A stretch of DNA of 64,000 bases from Trichoplax sp. H2 (lineage: Eukaryota): assembly GCA_003344405.1 (NCBI GenBank), contig NOWV01000224.1, positions 1 to 64,000 on the forward strand. Direction: 5' to 3'. The notes below the pieces were generated by a model. It saw only the letters and a program-made list of their open reading frames with translations, did not search any database and had not been told where the DNA came from. The position numbers and the translations under genes are program-made. This document shows positions 41,985-52,941 of this stretch, in pieces; position 1 is the stretch's first letter, and the number at the start of each line of letters is the position of its first letter.

Positions 41985-43327
41985 GCCTTAGAGTGTGATA
42001 TAGGTTAGGATATTACAGTACAATCCATTACTTCCCTTTATTTAGCATTTGTTCAATACTGAGAGTTGCGACGCTGTCGAAAACAAAACACATACTGATA
42101 AGAGGAAAGGAAATCATTGAATATTTCTATGAAATTTTTATTTTGTGCTGCAATTAATATTAATTACATGAAAATCGAAACTATCGTTGAAAATTGGTAA
42201 AAAGTATACCGAATAAAAAAAAAACTTTTAAAAGTCGTTTGTATAACCAGTAGAGTGGATTTTACGCCCATACAAAGTATTTCTATAGTATTAGAAAATT
42301 GTTTTTAATGTAGTAATGAATAACTGTACTTGTTTGTTTACTTTGTATGCTAATATGAAAACGTTCCTCTTTATTGCTATACGTAGGGTATATACAATAC
42401 TGTAGATTATAATTACTACTAATAGTTTTAATCAATTAATGATAAAATACGATACATTTTTGATTGAGTAAATATATATTAAATACTCTCTTAACATATA
42501 CCTTGATATATTAGAATCACTGCGGTATCTCGATGAGTATACTGTATGCTATGCTGCGGTGCATTCCATGGTAATTATTGTAATAATATTTATTTCAGTC
42601 AACTGTATCTAAATTTCGAATGTGATTCTCGAAATCTACACACATCATTGTTAGCCTATCAAATAATTTATGACAACTGATACACAAACACGTATTCCAG
42701 TAACAATTGTAGTGATGTAGATCAGCATATTTTGGTATTTAAACTACGTAATTGCTTGGTTAATTATGCTTTCTGTTCGGGATAAAATCTATAGCTATAT
42801 TTAGTAGTTTGTATCTAAAAGATTTGATAATTATAATCGGAGCTTTTATAGCACAACTTTTATCAATAAATATGTTTACATATTTGAATGGGAAGGAAAC
42901 CTATCGTTATGTTGTATTGTATGTTAAAGGAGTACAGATAATCGAAATTTCTTTCTGGGCTCTATATCTACAAAGTTATTTCATATGCAGTTTCTGAAAT
43001 TGGTACTTTATTTAAAAAAATATCTCATCCAATAATGATATACAAATACGATTGATCCAGATTTCAAAACCGTGGAAAAATTTTTAAATTTTATACTGAT
43101 TAATAACAATTATTCCTTGTATATAACAGGGACTACTTAACCAAAATAGACCCTGTTTACATAGTCGGAAGTCCTGGTATACAGTTGAGTTCTTAATACA
43201 AAACTAGTTCAATTTCCCTATATATACTTGAAGGAAAAATGTAATGATAATTAAAGTGGACAAGGACCGCTTGATACACTAATACGATCTATAATTCATT
43301 ATTCAATATTCGTTCATTCAGACTAGG

Positions 43328-45542
43328 TTATAATTCAGTTTTGATTGAGGAATCTTCCACAGAGTTGTCCGCGCTAATTTTTGGCCTATTTGCAGCAACA
43401 TGCTTAACGCCTTTTTCAATCATTCTTAAAAATTCACCAATATTAAACGCATAGTTTGTAAATTTAGCATGAGCTCCAAGTGTTGGATGATGGCCCTAAT
43501 GGTATATCCATAAATAATGAAATTAATCATTTCTCATTAGCTAAAATGTGCATGATTGGTAAAAAATGAACGCTAAAAAATTCTTTCATAACATTGCCTA
43601 AACAATAATGGAAGTAATGTCTAAAAGTAACGAATATTGCTGCTTGTACATGCAACATAAATTTTCTATATATAGTAACAACATCAAAGTTTACCTCATC
43701 TTGCTGAATTAAATATTTCTTTTTCTCCCAAGTTAAATATTTTACACCTCTCAATCTTGCAAGGTCATAGTAGCATCCTTCATCTTCACAGTTGTACAAC
43801 TCGAATGCTACACCCCAATGAGGTTGGAATAGCATATGTGTTAGGCCGGAGCCATGCATACCAATAAAAATGTCTGAATTGTGAGTAATTTCTAATTGCT
43901 TTTCAAAAGGCATCTATTTAAAAATTATGAATGAGTCAAAAGCAGGAATAAACCAATGGGTAGAACTTCTATTTATTTATGAATTATCATTTATGTCTAT
44001 CGCCAGACGCGATCATGTTATCATCGAAGTGAGTTTATGGTAGAACTTGCTGGATGATTACCTGATAGGTATAGTCAACACGTGTAACATCGTAATTCCA
44101 AATGGTCTTTAGCGCTCCTATCAGTTTATCCTCGTTAAGAATTCTACGATATTTGGTACTACGTGACAGTAGTGTGATTCTATATCGGTTTGGATCGTAA
44201 GGTTTTGAGGTAATATTCAATCTATGTACAACATGCTCAGAGAAAGCTTTCATCAAACCACTATTATAGCATCCAGGAATCAATGGCATATTATAATATA
44301 ATCCATAAAACATTCGCGGGGGTAGAGTAAAAATAGCATCTTTAAAGCAAACCTATATTTATAAACATACAATAGACAAAACTTTAGTGATGCATTATAT
44401 GGTAGGACATTGTCAACTCATCGCCAATATCAAGTAGATAATGATATCCATTAGAATTCAATTTGTAAAACAAATCGAGTTTCTTACAAATGCTTCAGGC
44501 TACTTTGGTTACGGAAACAGTACACTTGATTTATAACAGAGTAGAATTGTACAAGAATCCATTGATGATATAAATATTACCACAAACTTGTACAACAAAA
44601 GCTTACCCTCTTATTGTCGTAATCAGATAATCGCTTGACAGGATGTCGAGAAAACGCTTTCCATGTTAATGTGAAAAAATCACCATAATTCATAGAACTA
44701 GTATCCCACATGACGATGTTGATATCGGTGGTAAAAGAGCCATTGACATGTTGAGTTACGTAGAGGTTGACAAAATCGCAAAAATGATGAAACATATTGA
44801 TACCAGCATCTAACTTCATGAAATAAGTTGGACGCTCGACAATAACATCGCAGTGATGTCGATCTATGACGGGTTTGAATTTTAACGATGTGAAAGGGCG
44901 TAATTCTGAATGCCATGATTGTAATTCACCTTTTTGTTTATCGCTATTTTTTAAGCGTTGACCATCCAATTGGCAATGGCCACCAATTTCTCCTTTTTTA
45001 AATACATCGGTTCGAAATCGTTCACGACTATCAGCCATTCGAGAATTTTTTAAATTCATGTATAGATTGGTTGCTCGACAATATCTCATATGTTGATTAC
45101 AATCTAAGGTTGAATCGCCTTCTTCGTCAGCTTTACATAAGTGCATCATTTCATCGCGAAATTCACGTATCATACCAAAATCAGCAGAACGCCAAAATTT
45201 ATCAATTTGTTTCTCTTTGGTATGCTCCCAACCTCGTGAATCCTCAGGGCATATTGGATAAGAGTAATAATTTCGTTTTCGGCAATGTTTCTCATAACCC
45301 CAGCATGGTTGTTTCTTACTTAACTTTTTATACTCTGATGAGCATTTGTTATTACTACACTCTTGTCTTTGTAAATGGCTCATTTGGAAATATTTTTGAT
45401 GTAAATCAGAATATCTATCCAATTGATCATCACTAACGACACTGGCAATGTCAATGAATAGGATAACTGCAAGAACGCATAAAGTGAGTGGTCGCATCCT
45501 AAACCACTGTCGAGAGATTATGACATTAAGGCAATTTTTCAT
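43328..45542 (-). CDS. EOGT: EGF domain-specific O-linked N-acetylglucosamine transferase (GT61); 4 coding exons
   Basis: Exons 45542-44607, 44352-44062, 43913-43695, 43495-43328. Signal-peptide-like [22 protein letters not shown] (second ATG at 45497), [72 protein letters not shown], and C-terminal KTEL then stop. Confidence 0.93.
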
Positions 45543-46384
45543 TTCTTACCGCTGCCACTGTTATGTAGTGTACTGTATAACCTGAGATTAATAAATAGAC
45601 AATGGCGTTGTTAACCTTCAGTTGTAATTGATGCAATCGATCCAAATTGAAATACGCCTAGCTTTACAGAACTTGTAGTTTGCGCCATCAGATTCAGTAT
45701 CAATAGGTTAATTATTATTCTACTACTGCTACAAGTCATTGAAAATTTGAGAGTAGCTCATCACTGAAAAGTGGATGGTAACATCCCCTAGCAGATTCGC
45801 ACCACTCGTATTGTAATTAACCTTAAACAGCAAGTATTAACATCACTATACCTGTAAACTAGAGATAGGCTAGTCTTATACTTCCACTCGTAACGATATT
45901 GCTGGAAAGACGAATCGATTCCCTTCTTATTGGGCCTATAAATGGCAAATTACCATTTCCTGTCCTGGAAGAGAAAAGGAGAAACAGGAGGACTAGCACC
46001 AACTCCAGTATCGAAGAACTCCAAGAAGGCGTGACGTGTCAGTTGCGGACGGATGGACTGAGTTCGCCGGCTGCTTGGAAAAGGGATTTCTCCAGAATAA
46101 ATCATAGCCGCAAAATCGTTCTCAATTTTACGATCTTTTGGCTATGATTTATCATTGAGAAATCCCTGCTTGGAATAACTTGTAGACAATTGGAGATTAA
46201 ATTTGTAAGCTTTTCCCTACTGTGCTGGACATAGTATAGTAGAGCGGCACTACACTACACTATAGAGGTTTCTTTCTTTTTACCTTTATGAGTGGCACCA
46301 TGTTCATGGACGTCGGTTTGAATACTGCAATATACTCTGTAATATTTCATTTTGAACGTGAGCACTTCCGATTAGATACAGCTG

Positions 46385-47120
46385 TTAACATTAACTTGGT
46401 TCTATTCACTTCAACGATAGTTTATATCGATATATACAGTGTAGGGTATATTGTATAATATACAATAATATATGCTTAGATGGAGAATGATGAACCCATA
46501 AATAATCAATGTACTGTGATGTCTGTATCGGTGTTTTGCAACTTTCTGCTTCTTCACTCTGAAATGTAAAATGAGTAATGCATTTTGACAACAACATTAA
46601 CTTAGTTTTATTAACTTCAACGATAGTTAATATCTGTATATACAGTGTACGGTATATTGTGTGATATGCAACAATATATGCTTATACTGTACAGCAAATG
46701 AATGATTAACCAAAAATAATCAATGTACTCTGATGTCTGTATCGGTGTTTTGCAACTTTCTGCATCTTCACTCTGAAATGTAAAATGAGTAATGCATTTT
46801 GACAACAACATTAACTTGGTTTTATTAACTTCAACGATAGTTTATATCCATCTATACAGCGTACTGTATATTGTATAATATGCAAAAATAGATGCTTGGA
46901 TGGAGAATGATTAACCCATAAATAATCAATGTACTGTGATGTCTGTATCGGCGTTTTGCAACTTTCTGCTTCTTCACTCTGAAATACACTTTGACAACAA
47001 CATTAACTTAGTTTTATTAACTTCAACGATAGTTTATATCCATCTATACAGCGTACTGTATATTGTATAATATGCAAAAATAGATGCTTAGATGGAGAAT
47101 GATGAACCGATAAATAGTCA
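46385..47120. repeat. Tandem repeat, about 190-215 bp x 3.5
   Basis: AACATTAACTT.GTT.TATT.ACTTCAACGATAGTT at about 46387, 46593, 46807 and 46999. Confidence 0.93.
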
Positions 47121-48129
47121 ATGCATAGAATAGAAATGCTGAAGCAAGCGTACTGCAGATTCAATTTTGCTTAACACTGAAGACTGGTAAGCAGCATTTC
47201 ACGACTTGCTTCTGATTCATCCCGAAATCCAAAAACACAATTTCAGAGTGGAGAGTGTTTCTTTCTCGTATTCTGCACTGAAACATCGCCATCACTTATA
47301 GTCAGTCGTCGAATATCTACTGTACAGTAAATCAAAATCGCTACTGTAGCGTAGGCATGATGGAAGGTTCAATGATTCAGCGAAAACCGATTAAGCAGCC
47401 ATGTTAGAGATTGACACAAATGCATTGAGTAAGAAAATATTCCTTATTGTAGACTACAAGTGTGGGTTACCGTACAATTCAATTTTCCTACGATTTGATG
47501 GATAAAAGTGCTGCAAGTCAATTACTCGCATTAATTGATTTTAGCCCTAGCTATTCTGCCTATTCAACTTCAGTCTACCATATTAATTACTGCACCTTGC
47601 ATATAGCACATAAATACAGAAAGACAATTTAACATGTCTTCAAGCAGGACATTGATCCAAATCTGTTGAAATTCTATTCATTATCGTTGACTAGAGGATC
47701 ATGTAGAATTTACTTTGTCAATGAAATATCAATCCTTTCGGATAGTTGAACGAGTTTTAGAATGTCCCATGATATAAAAACATATGTAATTACATTTGCA
47801 TGACTTAAGTACTTTTCTACTTCATAAACATGAATATTAACTGTCTAGGTTACGTTATCAATCAAGAAGTAGCAAAAAGAGAGAGAGAGCTGGTGTGAAG
47901 GCATAGCCTGGAGGTTAGCACATAATTTACCTTGAGCTAAAAGTATTCATACTGTCTACCAATGTATTTTCCAACTGTACATAAGAATACTTTGCTTCAA
48001 GGCAATTTTGGAATCGCAACGACGGGATCATCATCTGTAAGTACAGCAAGTGCAGGGTATACGATATACTATACTTGTACCTCCTTTTTACAGATCAACA
48101 TCAAATAGAAGACTGGCCGTAGATTATAT

Positions 48130-48720
48130 GTAGAAAATCGAATCTACTGTATCAATATCAATATACGACTTTCCATCATTAACATGTAGAAAATACCAAT
48201 CTACTATACTGAATTTTATACATGTAATGTAGGGGAATCGTATATTGATGTGGATCCGAATAGAGTATAAATAACGTTTCGGATAACTCATCCGCGCCCA
48301 AATGCCCATTCTGCGTTGAAAGCGCTATTATCAACATGAGGCATAAGATGATTTTGATTTTAGAAAATCCAATCTACTGTATCATTATCCATATACGACT
48401 CTTCATCATTTACATGTATAAAATACCAATCTACTGTACTGAACTTTATACATGTTATGTAGGGGAGTTGTATATCGATGTTGATCCGAATAGAGTACAG
48501 TATAAATAACGTTTCGGATAACCCATCTACGCCCAAGTACCCATTCTACGTTGAAAGCGCTTTCTAAACATGAGGCATAAGATGATTTTGATTTTAGAGT
48601 GAAGATACTCAAATTAAGACAACCTACATAACGTTTCGGATAGCCAATCGGCGCCGAAAATATCAATCTTGAGTTGAAAGCGCTGTATAGAACATGAAGC
48701 ATAAGATGATTTGGATTTTA
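48130..48720. repeat. Tandem repeat, about 230 bp x 2.5
   Basis: TAGAAAATC.AATCTACTGTATCA at about 48131 and 48361; ATAACGTTTCGGATA and GCATAAGATGATTT each occur three times. Confidence 0.88.
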
Positions 48721-48772
48721 TACTTGATCCGATTTTACACGCGTACGACTTGTGTTCTTGCGATCGCATTGA

Positions 48773-49393
48773 TAGAATTGGATATACACAACGTCTGAAC
48801 AGTATAGCCAGGGATTCTTCAGCTAGCCAACTTAGTCCATTTATTTCTGTATCTACCCTGGCATGTGCTAATCATCCATTTCTTGCTTGATGTTGATAAA
48901 ATTGAAAGTTGATCTTTTGAGTATGTCAACATTGAAAACGTCCCAATGCACCAAGAAGTGATTGCCTTTTTTTGACAGAATTGGATACACCACGTCTGAA
49001 CGGTATTGCCAAGGATTCTTCAGCTGCCAAACCTGGTCCATTTATATTACCGTTAGGCTTAGGGTTAGGGTACCTATACTGGCGTGTGCTAATCATCCAA
49101 TTTTTGCTTCATATTGATAAAATTGAAAGTTGATCTTTGAGTAGTTCAACATTGAAAATGTCCCAATGCACCAAGAAGTGATTGCCTTTTACAGAATTGG
49201 ATACACCACCTCTGAACGGTATTGCCAAGGATTCTTCAGCTGCCAAACCTGCTCCATTCATTTCTGTTAGGTTTAGGGTTAGGGTACCTACACTGGTGTG
49301 TGCTAATCATCCGTTTTTTGCTTAATTAATATTGATAAAATTAAAAGTGGATCTTTGAGTAGTTCAACGCTGAAAATGTCCCAAGGCACCAAG
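48773..49393. repeat. Tandem repeat, about 205-215 bp x 3, two copies carrying telomere-like hexamers
   Basis: AGAATTGGATA...TCTGAAC...GGATTCTTCAGCT...TGTGCTAATCATCC...GTCCCAA.GCACCAAGA starting at about 48774, 48977 and 49193. Confidence 0.92.
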
Positions 49394-49708
49394 AGTCTCC
49401 GACTGGCTAAAACCACGTGGAGAATGCTTCCATTCATGGGGTTGTGCGCGAATGGGGGTTAATGCTACGGTCAGTAGCCATAGACTTACGTATCGTCCGT
49501 ATCATACCGCCTCAACGATTCGTATGCGGTATCCTACTGTACGTCTTGAACCTAGTGCCGTGGGGAAATTTTTTCGACATTGCAGTGACTGGTTGCAAAA
49601 GTTCACTGTGAAAAAGTTTTCTCGATATTGACTGGAAAGGGCTCGCCATTTCTCACCAAGATTGATGGTTTTGGCTGTATTGGGTGGCAATCCACTAGAT
49701 GAAAATGG

Positions 49709-50751
49709 ACAGTGAAGAATTTGTTATGACGATGTAAGTTTTGAATGCATTGCAGTAACTTGTAGTTGTTGATTGAAAAGGCCGCAAGACGTAAACAAAA
49801 TGTCTTGTAAGAAAAAAACTCTTGGTTCTAGTATTGAAAATTAAATTTCCATTCAGTGATATGGAATTCATTTATAGTACAGTAGTGAAGAATTCGTTAT
49901 GACGATGTAAGTTTTAAATGCATTACAGTAACTTGTAGTTGTCGATTGAAAAGGCCGCAAGACGTAAACAAAATGTCTTGTAAGAAAAAAAGGACTCTTC
50001 GTTCTGGTATTGCAAATTAAATTTCCATTCAAGGATATGGAATTCATCTATAGTACAGTAGTGAAGAATTCGTTATGACGATGTAAGTTTTAAATGCATT
50101 ACAGTAACTTGTAGTTGTCGATTGAAAAGGCCGCAAGACGTAAACAAAATGTCTTGTAAGAAAAAAAGGACTCTTGGTTCTGGTATTGCAAATTAAATTT
50201 CCATTCAGTGATATGGAATTCATCTGCAGTACAGTAGTGAAGAATTCGTTATGACGATGTAAGTTTTAAATGCATTACAGTAACTTGGTAGTTGTCGATT
50301 GAAAACGCTGCAAAACGTAAACAAAATATCTTGTAAGAAAAAGAGAACTCTTGGTTCTAGTATTGAAAATTAAATTTCCATTCAAGGATATGGAATTCAT
50401 CTATAGTACAGTAGTGAAGAATTCGTTATGACGATGTAAGTCTTTCATGCATTACAGTAACTTATTGAAAACGCTGCAAAACGTAAACAAAATATCTTGT
50501 AAGAAAAAAAGAACTCTTGGTTCTAGTATTGAAAATTAAATTTCCATTCAAGGATATGGAATTCATCTATAGTACAGTAGTGAAGAATTCGTTATGACGA
50601 TGTAAGTCTTTCATGCATTACAGTAACTTGGTAGTTGTCGATTGAAAACGCCACAAAACGTAAACAAAATATCTTGTAAGAAAAAAAAAACTCTTGGTTC
50701 TGCTATTGCAAATTAAATTTCCATTCAAGGATATGGAATTCATCTGCAGTA
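49709..50751. repeat. Satellite-like tandem repeat, about 175 bp x 6
   Basis: AGTGAAGAATT.GTTATGACGATGTAAGT at about 49711, 49884, 50060, 50236, 50413 and 50579. Confidence 0.95.
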
Positions 50752-50856
50752 CCTCGAGGTTTATACGAAAACCATGAGTACTGGTAATGCAAAGGTCGGT
50801 TAGCATTGGTTCTACGTTAAATGTATTCTTGAAAATGGCCAATTTCGACTATTTAT

Positions 50857-52570
50857 CAAGCAGCGAATACTGCTTGGATTTTTCATCAACAAACAACACC
50901 ATAGACTACTTACGAATCAATCGTGCATAAACGCGCTACTGTAGTAAATGCACCGGTATATCTTGTGCTCAAGTCCATCCTACAATATTACTATTGCCTG
51001 CAACATTGCAATAATCAAGTGGTTGATGACTATGGTCGATTCACTACATACTTAGAAAAAAAAAAGCAGCGAAATACTGCTTGAATTTTTCATCAACCAA
51101 CAATACTATAGACTAATGTACTTCTACTTGTAGTCGATGCCTAATTGCCTATACAGCAGACCTCCAATCAATCGTACGTAAACGTGCTACTGCAGTAAAT
51201 GCACCGGTATATCTTGTGATCAAGTCCATCCTACAGTATTACTATTGCCTGCAACATTGCAATAATCAAGTGATTGATGACTATGGTCGATTTGCTACAT
51301 ACTCCGAAAAAAAGCAGCGAATTCTGCTTGGATTTTTCATCAACCAACAATACTATCGATTACTGTACTTCTACTCGTATTCTATGCCTATCTGCTAGAC
51401 AGCAAGACCATGAATCAATCGTACCTAAACGGGAAACTATTACTGTAGGTGCACCGGTATATATATCTTGTGATGAAGTCCATCCTACAGTATTACTATT
51501 GCATACAACATTGCAATAATCAAGTGGCTGATGACTATGGTCGATTCACTACATACTTCCCCCAAAAAAGCAGCAAATACTGCTTCGGTTTTTCATCAAC
51601 AAACAATCCTAAACGTGCTACGACTATAGCAGATGCACCGGTATATATATCTCGTGCTCAAGTCCATCCTACTGTATTACTATTGCATACAACATTGCAA
51701 TAATCAAGTGGCTGATGACTATGGTCGATTCACTACATACTTCCCCCCAAAAAGCAGCAAATACTGCTTCGGTTTTTCATCAACAAACAATCCCAAACGT
51801 GCTACGACTATAGCAGATGCAGCGGTATATACTGTGTTCTCGTGCTCAAGTCCATCACAAAGTATTACTATTGCATACAACATTGCAATAATCAAGTGGT
51901 TGATGACTATGGTCGATTCATTACGCACTTAGACGATAGGCAAATAAATATTGCATCAACTTGACCCAAATACTTCTTGATAGATGCTTGTAAAAGATTA
52001 GACATCTTGGAATTGTAGCCAAAAATTGAATGGAAATCCTNNNNNNNNNNNNNNNNNNNNATACGAAAACCATGAGTACTGGTAATGCAAAGGTCGGTTA
52101 GCATTGGTTCTACGTTAAATGTATTCTTGAAAATGGCCAATTTCGACTATTTATCAAGCAGCGAATACTGCTTGGATTTTTCATCAACAAACAACACCAT
52201 AGACTACTTACCAATCAATCGTACATAAACGCGCTACTGTAGTAAATGCACCGGTATATCTTGTGCTAAAGTCCATCCTACAATATTATCTCGTGCTCAA
52301 GTCCATCATACTGTATTACTATTGCATACAACATTGCAATAATCAAGTTGCTGATGACTATGGTCGATTCACTACATACTTCCCCCCAAAAAGCAGCAAA
52401 TACTGCTTAGGTTTTTCATCAACAAACAATCCCAAACGTGCTACGACTATAGCAGATGCAGCGGTATATCCTGTATCTCGTGCTCAAGTCCATCATACTG
52501 TATTACTATTGCATACAACATTGCAATAATCAAGTTGTTGATGACTACAGTCGATTCATTACGCACTTAG
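50857..52570. repeat. Tandem repeat with units of about 184 bp and about 250 bp, interrupted by the assembly gap
   Basis: CAACATTGCAATAATCAAGT..TGATGACTA..GTCGATT and AAGCAGC.AATACTGCTT recur about 7 times. Confidence 0.9.
52041..52060. other. Assembly gap (20 N)
   Basis: Run of N in the sequence. Confidence 1.
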
Positions 52571-52941
52571 ACGATAGGTAAATAAATATTGCATCAACTT
52601 GACCCAAATACTTCTTGATAGATGCTTGTAAAAGATTAGACATCTTGGAATTGTAGCCAAAAATTGAATGGAAATCCTATTGTCACCATGGAATAAGCTT
52701 ATGCATGATGATGGAATGTTACTACAGTTCATTACTGCTTTAATGAACATACAGTATACTGCAGGACGTACAAATGCAGTAAATAAACTAATGTCTCGTG
52801 TAAAAATAAGTTGAAGTGAACGATATTAAGCAGGTTTCAATGCTAACTTCCTATTCCTTCACTTTTACGTTGAAAGGCCATCATGAAAAGCATTTTTTGG
52901 ACCGTCATAAGTATATTGTTGCACGTCAATAACTACTACAG

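Noticed and set aside
45071..45436. 121-aa plus-strand ORF (also 13010-13237, 24686-24892, 27234-27470)
   Set aside because: Antisense shadows of real coding exons.
51216..52529. Repeated small ORFs (KSILQYYYCIQHCNNQV...)
   Set aside because: They derive from the tandem repeat, with frameshifts between units and no recognisable domain.
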